Source: Lepidodermella squamata (taxonomy: Eukaryota; Animalia; Gastrotricha). Taken from it: a DNA stretch of 64,000 nucleotides. The notes under the pieces are model-generated. The model had not been told where the DNA came from, made no database searches, and saw only the letters and a list, made by a program, of their open reading frames with translations. Shown one piece after another: positions 37,634 to 50,799 of the stretch. The stretch spans positions 682,001 through 746,000 of the forward strand of contig JBLDXI010000011.1 in assembly GCA_047495785.1 (NCBI GenBank). The letters run 5' to 3'. The position numbers and the translations under genes are program-made. Each line of letters begins with the position of its first letter. The stretch's first letter is position 1.

Positions 37634-38924
37634 ATGCGTATGCGTTATTTGTTAGTTGCATCACTGATGTTTCTCAACGGTCAACTGCGGCGTTCGCACG
37701 TTGCATGCTGCCCTGTTACCAGCTACTTCAGCCCAACATTCGTTTGCCCGCCATCTGATTGTTCGATTGGCAAGGAGTGCCGTGCAATCTCGGCCTGCCC
37801 GTCCGGGCAATCCTGTTACAACCGCCGAACGGATTGCCCATATAGTGACCAAACATGTGCAGTCGGGAACCTGGTAACTTTCTCGAGTTTTTTTACCTCT
37901 GTCTGTCTATAGTGCAGCCATTCTACCCACCATAACCCTCCTAGTGCCAGTTTTTAGCGTCTCAATGTTAGGATATAGTTGAGATGTGAAAGAAAAACAG
38001 TTCAAGGGCAAGGTTACTTCAAACAGGCTAGAATTTTCGACCTTACACTGCAGTGCTATGCAATGATACATGCAATGATATCATCTGCTATCAGTTCTTT
38101 CGGGCTTTTTGAATTCCTAAATGCGCATGGCAAAAATTTGCCAAAGCAATTTTACGTGCTGATTCAAACTCGCTCGGGGTTTCAGATCAGGGGGAACTTT
38201 CATTTCTCTATGGCTAGCTATATCCCTTATACCCCCCTTTTCAGAATTATTCATCGCTACAGTAATTCATGAGCATTTTCCATGTCTCGCAGACTTATCT
38301 AGTATGTCAAGTCGAAACGAAAGGTGGCGCAGGTGTCGCACTGACCGGATCGAACGGCCTGAAGTACTGTTCATCAGGCGGTTATTGCGCCTTGGCAGGA
38401 ACGGTAAGCGGAGTTGATTTCTGTAGATTGGATAATGAGCATTTTAAACAATATTTTGTCACATTGTGATTACAGGCAATCACTAGCCTTGCGTTCAGTT
38501 CTCTCGCGGCGTGCTGCACATCAATTGGCGCATCTGTCAACGACGTCTTTACCTTTTACAATTATCAATATTATTATAATTTTGGTCGGTACCTAAAAGC
38601 CTGTTTTGCTGTTCAGGATGCGCAGCCATACAAAGCCTGCAGAGCCGTGCTGGCAGGTAGCACTTACTGCCTGCGGTTTCCGCATTCCTGCGAGGAAACT
38701 GACGATGTTGATACGGACGGGGTAAGTATCGCTGATTTGTTCATGTACTATTCGATTTATAATTAATTCCCAAGGATAATTTTGTGACTGGAACGGTGAG
38801 AAACGGCGCAACGTTCGCTGAGTGCTGCGGACAATTGAAGACAAGACCGCCAAAGGTGACTAAAGCATCAGGTCCGCTAGCCAGCAGTGGTGTGAATTTC
38901 ATGATAGAAAAGTGTAGCGGATAA
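37634..38924 (+). CDS. Gene B2: beta class (37634-37873, 38293-38403, 38476-38721, 38775-38924)
   Basis: Paralogue of B1; all four exons open with phase-0 GT-AG introns. Confidence 0.88.
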
Positions 38925-39098
38925 GACTTCATTTTCAACAATAAATAAATGGGTTTTTCGTTTGTTATTTTTTCACGAAAAATTCTTTATTTTCGTCAGA
39001 AGAATTTCAGGATTACAATTTACGAATTTATTTGTTTGAGGACTCATGAGTTATTCCATGCAATAGCAGCAATGAAATCAATCGACAGTTTGCCTCGA

Positions 39099-40346
39099 TC
39101 AAGCTGCGGAACACTTTGCAGCTATAATGTTACTGCTCGGAAGCGAATCACTCGAAGCCAGCGAGTAAACAGCGGCTGTGTTTGGCGCCGTTTTAAGACG
39201 CCCGCAGCATTCCTCGAATGTCCTGCCATGCTGAACAGAGCCAGCAACAAAATCATCCTAGATACAAATAAAAAAATGCTGAATATTTGTTGTATAAATT
39301 TAACTACACATCTTGGATGCCTTTGTAAAAAATCTCGTGAGGATTTGCTAATACGTTAATTTACCTCAATATCGCACGAATGCATACGAAAATTCCGACT
39401 AACCGAATTTGAAGACACAGCGTCGCCACTTGCGCACGAGTTGGGCATCTGGATGCAGTAAGCCCCGCTAGGACCACGGCATACCTTGAATAGATAGTTA
39501 TCGTCTATTGGCTGGAAGCATGCCATGACGAGTTGCGCGCTCACTTTCAATAGAATCGGTTGAACAGGGTTGCTGGAATAATACGGGCTAAATTGATAGA
39601 CGGAACAGCAGGTAGAATCGAAAAAGTAGTTGGAACTCGAGTTGAAATTCTTCACAGGCTGAATACAACATTGAAATGAATAATAATTTTATGTGAAAAG
39701 CGGTAATTGATTAAATAATTCACACACAGTTTTGATTGATTTAATTAGGTCGTCGCGAAATTGTACGAAGTAAAGAGGCAACGGGTAAAGTACGTCCATG
39801 CTCAGGAGGTCTACCCGAAAAACCTCAGCCTTTGGTCCCAAAGGTTGGTGCCTAACATTATCTGTAACCTCCCCGCTCCCCCAGCTCGAGGATCTACTTT
39901 GCACACTGATCGTGAAAATCTTATTTTTCAAATTCAAATTCAATTACCCCATATTTGCAACAAAAATGCTCCGATGTGCTTGTGAAAAAGCACAGAAATC
40001 ATGGAGAACTACAAATGCTTGGTTTGATTTCAAAGTTTATTCGTCCTCTTCTCTGACAGAATAAATTTACTCATCTAGCTGACCTACCGTTCCGCCAAGG
40101 CTGCATGTCCCATCGTCCGTACAATATTCAATCACAGACCCGATCGATGTCGTTAGTGAGCATATCGAGTAAATTCCCCTTATTTGCGGAACAGGCACGC
40201 AGTCTAAATCAGCTGGGCAGTAGATGTTATCAGTTGATACACATACGTAACCGTCTGGACAAGTTACTGGCGCGGAGCCTCGGTTGACGCAAGTTTCGCC
40301 GACGTCGCATGGCGATGGCGGGCATTGAACCGATGCGGAAATAGAT
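39099..40346 (-). pseudogene. Gene C2: alpha class, 5'-deleted (no ATG or signal peptide); exons ~40346-40088, 39658-39404, 39257-39099
   Basis: Homology to C1 starts abruptly at SISASVQCPPSPCDVGETC; the remaining frame is intact. Confidence 0.85.
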
Positions 40347-40353
40347 TTGATAG

Positions 40354-41497
40354 GAAATCAGCGATCCTGCCCCCGCCGCCAGTCTAACTGAATGTTGCAA
40401 TGCTCTCGGCGCGTCAGCTAAACTAGTCTCCGACCTATTTTACACTCCGTACTATTCAGCCCCAGTCGGTAGATTAACGAAAGCGTGCTTTGCAGTGCAA
40501 GATTCCAAGCCGTACAAGGCATGCAAATCAGCGTCGAACCAAGCTTATTGCCTGCAATTTCCTCACTCGTGCGAGGGCACAGACACCATCAACACCGATG
40601 CAGTGAGTTTCATCGAATTTCAACAAATGATCATTTGATTTGATTTACAGCCTAATTGACGGACCTCCTTCAGGCATCAGGCAGCCAAAATCAATCATTG
40701 TCCTACTTTTGCGGGACTAAATGAATCAAATCAAAGCATCAACACCGATAAATCGCGAAACATCCCGATTTTTACGGGCTTTGACAATTCAAGCAATGCA
40801 TAAAATAGCGCAAATTTGGAACTAACATTCCAGCATATTTGTTTCGCGGTGTCAAGTTTTTCGATTGCTACCCTATGGTATAAATCAAAATGCTTCCCCA
40901 TTCCGCACATAAATCAATCATTTCAAATCTAAATAAGTGAAAATGGGGTCTAAATGAATTGAAATGAAATCCAAAGCACTGCTCGAGAGGTTCAGGCAAG
41001 AAAACACAAAAAGCCACAGGGACCCTTTGGTAAGATTCAGGGCTGAAAATACCCAAGACTACCCCCGCCTTGATGATCCTACTGCATCTAAAGCGATAAC
41101 AACTGATAATGTATGACGTTTTGCACGTTCAAGTGTAAGAGTTGAATCGGGTTGTAATGAAGCTCAACCTTAATCCAAATTTCGAAACGAAATGTTCGGG
41201 CTCAAGCTCAATTTTGTTTGGATTTTTGCAAAACGACACCTTTTGTATTTCAACCTCGCTTCACTGATATTTGCAATTTCCCACAGCATTGAAGCATTGA
41301 AGCATTTTAGGCTACTGAAAAATATCCTAAATGCAAATTCTTTAATTTAGTCTGCTTTCGCGAATGGAGTGCCCAGCAACGCCGAGTCATTCGCGCAATG
41401 TTGCAATCAGCTGAAGCAGCGACCGCTCACGATAACAAACACGTCTGGCATTCTGGCTCTATCAGCAACCGATTTCGTGATATACAAATGCTCTTAG
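40354..41497 (+). pseudogene. Gene D2: beta class, exons 1-2 deleted; exons 40354-40602 and 41351-41497 remain
   Basis: EISDPAPAASLTECC.. matches D1 exon 3 and directly abuts the truncated C2 exon 1. Confidence 0.85.
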
Positions 41498-41597
41498 CCT
41501 CCCAGAGCGATGGAATGTGTGCGCTTTATGTACTAAGTATTATGATTGCCACTTGAATTCGATTTTATTTAAATAAAAAAATCGTTTAAAATGTGTT

Positions 41598-44586
41598 TCA
41601 AGTAGCTGAGCACTGATCGGCGACAATTGAAATGTCCGGGAGGGAACTTGATGGCGCTGGCGAGAAAACAACGCCATTCCCAGAGGCTGTTTTCAATCGA
41701 CTACAGCATTCGAGAAACGTTGTGCCATGTGACACGATTCCGTCAATGAAATGATTCTAAAAATGAAGAATAAAGGTGGAAAACTTTGCGGGAGAGAGAC
41801 ACAGTTTTCAGTTTAAAACATCTTTTCTATCCACAGAAAAAGAAATTTGCCTATTGTAATATGAAATTGATCATATAAAGGCTTACTACGTTCGTGGACG
41901 CAGAATCATTATCGTCGCACGAGTATGGCATCTGTATGCAGTAAGCCCCACTGGGTCCGCTGCAAACTTTGAACGGCTTTTCGTCAGGCCCGCCGAAGCA
42001 CGCCACGATAGGTTCTGAGTCTTTCTTGTTGACGACCAAAAGAGACTTGTTACCGGTAAGCGTGCCGATATTATCCGGATAGCAGCATACATCAAATTGA
42101 TACGTCTTTTTCGTCACAGCCTGTCCAGAGATTAGCAAATGAGAATTTAAAATTTTGCGCTGAAAAGCGACCGTGGAAAGGGTTAACACTGTAACTGCCA
42201 ACAATAGACTGCGAGATCCGATTTGGATTCAAATCCTGGGTCTTTCAAAAGTCCGTTTTTTGGGTCAACGATGCGTCGTAGGGCAAATGCCTGACGGCAA
42301 AGTGTAGACCATGGCCTGGCGGTTCTTCTGACAACAAATTTGGGGCCAAAGACTTCAAGGAACGCACAGAAATCAAATTGTAAAACCAGTGAAATTGCGA
42401 TAGCTGCGCCATAATCTGGGTCGAATAATTATGTTATCGTCCGGTGGTACAAAAATTATCGATACAATAACAATGTTATTGTACTGGCCAAAATACAAAT
42501 AACAGGCGTTTAAGGTGGATTTTTTAAATTTTATTAGCCGAACTGCCCAACTCGACCACTCATCCCCTGACTGAACTAGCTGAAAGAACACACATTTTCT
42601 TAGCTGGTTTTTTTTAATAAGTGGGGGAAAAACCGTGATTTATGCTCTAAGAAATGATTATGCCGCCAGTTATTCTACTTTTTATTGCAGTTACTGGAAT
42701 TTAAAAAATTTCAAAACATAATTGCTCCTTGTGAAACGTCCATAGAAGGGCAGAACTGAAAGAGGGTGATTGCTATAGCCTGCATTGTTGATTGCTCGCG
42801 TAAGGATCATTCAAAGGCTGCTCCACCTCCGAACTGGGGGAAGCATGCGGGCGAGGCTGCTCCTCCAGCTTCAGCATTCGGTAATGGAGAAGAGAACTCG
42901 TTGACGCATCGCCTTCACTGGTATCGACACAGCATCAACTTGTCCACCAGGTACATTTCCGCACGTTCTGAAATCCAGCTTTCGGCACTGCGTTCTTCGC
43001 CAAACAATCGATGGAATGCTCGACTAACCTCACCCGTTTGTAGAGCCCGCTTTCGATCCTTCTTCATCTTCTTTTTCAGCTTCGAAGCTAGGGTTCCAAT
43101 GAGGCGTGGAGTCCCATGCAAGCAATTTTCCGTGAAAGCAACCGCAAAAATTTATGCGTGAATTCAATCGCGAATGAATAAAAACGAATAAACAGCAATG
43201 ATTTTTGCAAAACGTTAGTGGAAATATTAGGCTGGATTTTTTAATTTTAGAAAATCACCCTTGTTGTCTAGCTATCTACCCGGTCCGGCTCGTTTTGTCC
43301 CACCGAACGATAACATACATAGTGGATTCGCGTCGAACATAACGCGTTATAGTACCAGAGGATCAGATTTGGTTTTGTTTTGATGACCAAAACAGGACAG
43401 CGGCTCTCCAAAACAAAACAAAACTGGGCGCAGTATTGTTTTAAAACGTGCAAAACAGCATCACGCAAAAACATGACGCCATTTGTGCATGAATTTATGA
43501 AAAAAAATGAATCGACCCCGGCGAGCGCTGAACCCTCCCGTTGCTTCGTTGCTTAAGAAACTGACAATTGTCCAGTTTTTAATTCTTAAAACAAAACTAA
43601 AACAGGCAAAACATGTTTTAAAACCGGTTTTGTATTGTTTTTACCCCCAAAAACAAATACAAAACAAAACAAATCTGATCCTCTGTATAGTACTCCGATA
43701 TTGGACTCGAGGCTGGCTCGCTTTCGCGAGCCGGACGTCTCTCGGCCAATATCGGAGTACAATAACTGCGTTATGTACTCCTTCGAATCCAATATATACT
43801 ATTAAATTCTTATGTCTGATTTTTGGCTCTAATCCAAAATTTCGACGTTAATTCACAGTCATTTTCAAAGACATGTTCAGACCTTGTGGCCCCAAATTTG
43901 TTGCCAAAGGAACCGCCGGACCATGGTCCACACTTTGCATTTGCCCTACGACGCATCGTTGACCCAAAAAACGGACTTTTGACAGACCCAGGATTTGAAT
44001 CCAAATATCGGATCTCGCAGTCTATTGTTGGCAGTTAAAGTGTTAAGGGTCACTTCTCCCCAATAATACTGAGAAACACCTCGCCATTAACTAATTTGCT
44101 GGCAAAATCAGGATTCTTTCCCAAAGTTGTTCCCAAAGTTCGATCGAACCTAATTAGGGACATTTTAGGTTTACTTCGCTTTCAACCCTAATTTCGTCTT
44201 ACATTATAACTAGCCACAAGTCTGGCTACTTTTTCCGGCTACTACTAATGTAAATTCATTACCTTTCCGCCAAGCGGGCAGCCGCTAACGTCAGCACAGT
44301 ATCGAATTGTTCGCTGATACAAGCCTTTGGTTTTCATTTCACATAGATTATAATTATAGGCAATACAGCGTGCCCCCAGGCCACACGCCTCAGCGGTTTC
44401 ACAAACTGTACCCGGTGTACAAACAACGTTGCTCGATGAAATACTGGAGCAACTCGATCCGATTGGACAGGCCGCTGGCGAGCAGACCAAGCTCAGCTGA
44501 GCGTCAGATGGAGCGGGAGCAACTGGACACGCATCGCTGAATCTTAACAGTACAAGCCAAATAATTGATAAAAATTCTTTAACCAT
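41598..44586 (-). CDS. Gene E2: alpha class (44586-44263, 42120-41887, 41756-41598)
   Basis: Paralogue of E1; exons open; ends DQCSAT*. Confidence 0.88.
42187..44042. mobile_element. TTAA-flanked (piggyBac-like) non-autonomous element with ~165-bp TIRs
   Basis: TTAA|CACTGTAACTGCCAACAATAGACTGCGAGATCCG ... CGGATCTCGCAGTCTATTGTTGGCAGTTAAAGTG|TTAA; absent from E1 intron 1. Confidence 0.88.
43356..43685. mobile_element. hAT-type MITE (nested)
   Basis: 8-bp TSD TATAGTAC; TIR CAGAGGATCAGATTTG. Confidence 0.88.
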
Positions 44587-44982
44587 CTAAATTAAAGTTA
44601 GGTTCGATGACATTAATTTAGATTAATTTGATTCAAAACCAAAGGGTGGCCTTGAACAATAGAAATTCCAATTCCTCCTGTTCCAGGTCCAATTAAAAAA
44701 TGTTAATTGGTAAAAGATGATATAGTACCTCTAAAACTTGGTAAAATCGGATGAAAGATGACAGCGAAACAGTTGATAAAAATTTTCTCTTGACCGTTAA
44801 AAAATTGCCAATTTATTCAATATTTTATTTAAATGTGTCATATAAGCTGCTGTTGATAGTTTTTCGCTTTTATCCGGCTTTCATGACAGGAGAGTTGGAT
44901 ACAATGGCCATGTTCATTGTCAGTTTTGCCATTGGACCATTCACCCCTGTTTTTGTTCTCAGTTCTCTCCAGCGCAACAACC

Positions 44983-47900
44983 ATGCGCTATTTTGTAGTG
45001 ACAAATTTCTTTCTCGTCAGCAGTCAAATGTGGCGATTCGGCGTAGTTTGCTGCCCGTCAATCGCCTACTTCAGCCCTAAGTCAAGTTGTCCACCGGCTG
45101 ATTGCCCACCCGGACAAATTTGTCGCACATTTCGAACGAACCCTTGCCCAACTGGGCAGTATTGTCAGTCAGACGGCGGTGGATGTCAGTCAGGCCAAAA
45201 ATGCGCCATCAGCACTACGGCAAGAACAATTTCTAGAACAAGATTCGTTCTGACAACATTTACGAGCCATATTTATCCTTATTTTTTCTAAATTGTTTCG
45301 CAGAATTTCTGTGTATTCATTACCATTACCAATCCCTTAGATTTTGTTGAAGCTTGGTATGCTACTCCAGAAAACCACCAGATGAGACAAGGGTCTTCAA
45401 AATTCCCACTCCAAATCATAATCTTTCTACAGTGACAATCAGAAGATCCGCACGGTGGAATGGAGGCGACGCTAGTTTGTAGACCAAAATGAAGCCTTTT
45501 ACACGAGCTCTAAAAATAGCTCTAAGGAAAGGGTGATAGGTTTAGTAATATGAATATACATATTATATACATGTATTCATGAGATGTCATAAAACTACAG
45601 CATTCTTAGTTGAGTGCAGAAAATTGCAGAAAAAGTTGAGCACTTAGAACTTAGAATAAGGTTATTTCAAATCAAAAATAATTTTTCTGGAATTTTTCTG
45701 ACATAATTATCATTTTTGAGGGCTTCGGAGTATTAATTAGCACTTTAAAAATATGAATATTCAATGACTAAAGTTTTTAAACTTCTTGGTCTATCCGAGT
45801 TACACTTTTTATTTTCAGCTGGGTTTAACCCAAGCTTAGAGCTAAAAATAGTTCGGGCGCGTGTGAGATATTTTTAGCTTCAACTCAACAAATTCCTAAC
45901 CGTGCGTAACTTTTGATATCACTGTATGGTTAGCCAATTTTTTGTCCCTTGTCCCTGAAATAAACCCTTTCATGTCGGAATTCGTGCGGTAGAAAAATAT
46001 TCGACGGCAGTTTTAGGGGTTTTCAATGGCCCTGATCACGTTTTTGAATCCGTATATCTATCACCTTTAAAGCTGTATGAAAACCGGCCGGAATCGTCCT
46101 ATCCGCCCAGCTGATTTCAGGCGATTTTTTGAGCACCCTAATTTCTGCGCCAGTTGCCTTCAGCTTTGGAATTTTAGATTCTGAATTACTGCATGGATGT
46201 CCCTAAGATTCTCCCTCACTTATATTAACGAAAACATTGGGTGGTATTCTCGAAGCAGTTTACATTTGAACCAAGTTTTATAAGACCAAACCAAAAACAT
46301 TTTCGGTCTGAACAAGACCAAGAGCTTATTCTTGCGTATATAAAACGAGTTCAGTTTCTGATCGGGGATTAACTGTAGACTTTATTAGACTAATTAGTTT
46401 GCGTATCAATCATGTTAAAATTACGAAACATTTGGAAATTAACTTTGAAATTAGAATATGTTGGAAAATGTGGAATTGTTGGAATAGGGAACCGGGTGCC
46501 CTAATTTCGGCCACCTCATCCAGTTACGCTAATACCTTAAGTTTGATACCGTTAAATTCGCCTCGGCAAGCCTAACGTGGAAATGGCCTTTGTTGCTTTA
46601 CCTGAGAGCTTATCCTTGACGACATGATGCCTGAAATTCGAGTGTTTATGGTTACAAAGCACTCGAGAAGCGACATGACCCCCTCGCCTGCATTTAGAAT
46701 TATTTTTTTGCTGCTCAGCACTTAGTGGCCGAAGTTAAGCCGCAGCGACCGAATTTAGGGATTCCTGCTCTTCGAAAAATGGGCGGTACAGCCTGGTTAA
46801 CTATGATGTTGGGGAACATTTTCTCCTACTATCGGTTAACCCGAGCCCTTTGCCAAAAATCGAAAAATTGGCAGGTCAATATTAAATGAATTTCCGCTTG
46901 TCGGTTCAATATTGCGATCATTTCGAAGTTAATTAAAAATTCTCGGCGATTTTTTCATGAAAGCCATGATTTTCCAAATTATTACCCTTTATCTAACCAT
47001 CTGGCCGGGAAAATGACTGCCATACTAAATTGATGTATATCGGAGATTCCTCTAAATCAAAACACCGTCCAAAACAGATAAAATCAATCGATCGTCGATT
47101 TCTTGGGGGTAGCAGCGACCTTGACGAAATTGGGTAGCTTGTCTGACACGTGATTTAACCAAGGATTTAACATGGCCGCATTTCTTTGACACGAATATAT
47201 GAACCATCTGGCAGAAACTAACATGATGATTTATTGCTTCATTCCATTTAAATTGCCACAATTTGTTCGCGCATTTTACACGTGAAATCGGCCGGGTTAC
47301 CTTAGATTTTCAGGTAACCACAGCTCATTTGCTTACTAGATGTTATCTCGAGTCGAATGACTTCGGCTGTGAAATCGGCATTATTTTACGATCCCAGAAT
47401 TTGTAGTGCCACATTAGCACAATCTTAGCCTGAAATTGATCACTTATCTACCTTAAATTTTAAATTTTGAAATGTGAATGCAGAATGCAGGTTGTAGCGC
47501 AAGTACTAAATAAATTATTTTCAGAAAAATAAGGTAACATTTCTTGATAGCGAAAATTATTGATAGGTAAAATTAGCGAGATGGTGAATTTATTAGCCAA
47601 TGAAAACGAAAGGTACTCAATATGAATCCGCAAAATTCACTAATCGTTTCATATGAGAAATATTCAGATATTCAAATCGACTCCTTTTGATGAGTAATCG
47701 GTCAACTATTTTCTATTTTTACAGCCAGGCAGGAAATCCCCTCAAAAAAATCCTGCTGAAAATATTTATGTACATTCCCATGTAATAACGCGGGTGAATA
47801 AAATATTGGAATATGCAAATTAATCAGCCATCTTAAATTACGCTCATCGGAAGAGGTGGGTTACTCGTTACTTCATCTATGCAAACTGTTGAACTGGTCC

Positions 47901-50665
47901 GTATTCACGCGGGGCTATTCTTGGGTTCTAAATATCACTTTTAGAACTCTCAGGTTTCAGTTTTCTCGTTCATGAGAAGCTGAAACCAGATTTTTCTAGA
48001 AAATAAACTCCAAATGTGTAGACCCGGTGGGTATATTTGGGCTGAACAGGCGGTTTTAACGGGGGGTTTGAAACAGTTCGGTTTTAAAATTTAAAACTTG
48101 GTTTTAAAGAAAGCCATCCATCGCCGGATTAACAGCTATTTTAGCCGTTTGTCCCAACTTCTGTGTTTCATAACAATTGAATGTACCAAAAGAACAATCG
48201 ACAAAAATTCGTGGAAAATCCTAAAACCAAATGCTAATTTGATTTGGTCTACATGAAACCAGGTCTATACCCAGTTTCGTCTTAACATCGACAAAACCGC
48301 TTCGAGAATACCACCCATTAAGTTTGAATAAGTTTCAGAGGCTCAGCATTCAGATCTGAATTCAGCTTTTTCAGTTTTTACTCGCGACAGTTTTTGCAGC
48401 ACAAAAATCTCACACTCCGCCTGTATAAGTCCGGGCCGATAGGGCAAATTCGGCTGGTTTGATTGAATTTCAGTAGCGTAGTCATTTTTAATTTCCAACT
48501 CGAAAACGTTTTAACAGCGGTCAATGACACCAGGGCCGGATCATGACACCAAAAATTGACCCCGGGCCCTTAGGCAAATCCTCTTTCCGGGCCCCATCTA
48601 CCCCACTCAACGTCCTTACATTCTTCATCCTTGGTCTTACAAAAATGTCAATATAACATAAGCCAGGTCTTTTTTAAGGTTTCCTTTGGTGTTTAGACTA
48701 TAAAAACTTGCGAATAGGCGGAACTTGTGAACTTTCCGGCGGCTAACATAAAATGCCCCGTATCTTGACAGAAAAATTCGCGACGTTTAGCTTTCTAATG
48801 AGTCAAACCTTTGAAACCTAAATGAACTGCTTTCTCCGCGAGCGAAGCGAGCTTTAGCTAATTGTATTTTTTCATAATGTTGGCTGAAAATAGTCTATAA
48901 TTGATTCGAAATTGCATGTGGATGACTTCGTGTTGTGCTCTCGCGGCCCGCATTTTTGGAAACTTCCCTCCCTTTGAACTTTAACACCCCATACTCCATA
49001 TTCCTAAACGGACCTCGCCCGATATGCTATACTCCTAGAAATAGTCAGTCGCGAGCGAAGCGAGCTTTAGCTGACGATTATTACCACATGTGTCTTATTT
49101 TCAGATAGCCTGATTTATGCATCGCAGCCAAAGACCGTCAAGGGCATGTTTCTTCAAATAAAATCATACGTAATAAAGCAAGCTGTCGAATGCGAATAAA
49201 ACATAAGGGGGGAGCCTTTGGTTTTTGTTAGGAGTACGCTTTTTTCATGGGCCCTTTGATGGTAAGTGCCCCCCCCCCCTGTGGTTTTTACTTGAGGTGC
49301 CAAAATTCAATGGGCCCCAAGGCAACTGCCTTACTTGCCTACTGGGTGATCCGGCCCTGAATGACACTATGGCGGACACGTTGGTATTTTTTCGTTAGAT
49401 CAAAAAATGATCAAAAACAAAAACCTAAGTTGAACAAAATCGAAATTTCAATATCAGGTTGACTATTTTCAAATTGCTAGTATGTCCTGACCATGCAACA
49501 TAACGGTTTCCCGGTCTCAAAACCTAGCTAACATCAAAAAGCAATATTCCTCAAAAGGGCGATCAAGAATTCAAGAAACTCAATTCTCTGCAAATTATCA
49601 AAGTCGAAATCGTCCTTCCCGCCGTGAAAGGGTTAATGTTCAAGTTTACTTATCAAGCTTGCATCATAGCGGAAAGTCAATGTAAAATCAGCCGTTTGTA
49701 ACTATGATTTATAATTTTGCAGCAGAGTTATCCGGTTTGCCAAGTCGATACAACGGGCGGCGAGGGTGTTGCGCTGACCGGAACAAATGGACTAAAATAC
49801 TGCTCAGCCAGACCCTGTGCACTTGGAGGATCAGTGAGTTTGACCTGTAAATTTCGAATTTCGCGGTTAGCTTTCCCTATGAGAAATAATCTTCTTAGTT
49901 TTGCACTCACGTGCTCCCACTTTTTCTCCTGATATCGCGAGCTGCCGTTTTTCCATCTTGAATATATTCGGCATCATAGAAGCTTCCCATCTGTCGCATT
50001 TGGATAAAAATATGAATATTTGTTTCCTCGCAGATAATCGCGAGCCCGGCAGCGTTTTCTTCTTTCTCAGCGTGTTGCAGCTCGATTGGTGCATCCTCAA
50101 CACTTGTCTACGACTACTTAACCTCCTATTTACTTCCGGTTACTATCAATGGATACAATGAATTTTACGTAAAATTTTGCTATGCCGCGCAAGACCCACA
50201 GCCGTTTAAAGCATGCAAGTCGTCTTCATCCAACGAGGTCTACTGCTTGAGAATTCCGCATTCGTGCAAGAACTCTGATGTAGTCGATACTGACGGGGTG
50301 AGTTCATTCCAATTCCCTAATTTATTGTAGAAACTGGAGGAAATCTTAAATAATTACATTTAATGTCCGTGTAACTGAATTTTTCCTAAAAGACATACCA
50401 ATTGAGGTTTGCATTTCATTACAGTAAATTAGCACCAACTAAATCCTAAAGCATACCGGTGGTACTGTAATATTTAGAATTATCATATGTGATTAGTCAC
50501 GTTTTCTTTCAGGCACATTTTGAAGCAGGAATCGCAAGCAATGCCGAGTCTTTTACGAAATGTTGTGCCCAGCTTAGGACGAGGCCCGTTGTGCCAGTTA
50601 GTTCAACAACATTGGAATACCGCAGAAAAGACGACAATTGTGTTGCAAGATTTTTGATTGGCTAG
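44983..50665 (+). CDS. Gene F2: beta class (44983-45219, 49726-49833, 50034-50297, 50513-50665)
   Basis: Paralogue of F1; same GC donor (ACG|gcaaga); CAGCAG tandem acceptor at exon 2; exons open. Confidence 0.85.
46239..48316. mobile_element. TIR element with GGG termini and an apparent 3-bp TSD (PIF/Harbinger-like)
   Basis: ATT|GGGTGGTATTCTCGAAGC ... GCTTCGAGAATACCACCC|ATT. Confidence 0.65.
48531..49359. mobile_element. hAT-type non-autonomous element
   Basis: 8-bp TSD AATGACAC; TIR CAGGGCCGGATCA; two internal GCGAGCGAAGCGAGC motifs. Confidence 0.9.
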
Positions 50666-50799
50666 TATTGGAACCGTCGTATGTTTTATCCTAATCGTGG
50701 CACGCCTCGTCTAACAAATAAATACGAAGTACCGCATAATATGACATTTTTTTTATTTTGATGAATAGCCATTTGAGCTAGCACTGAGTTTTGTTCCGG

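Larger units (their letters stand above)
45965..49632. mobile_element. piggyBac-like shell carrying nested insertions in F2 intron 1
   Basis: TAAA|CCCTTTCATGTCGG ... CCCGCCGTGAAAGGG|TTAA; same terminus as 30393-30972. Confidence 0.55.
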
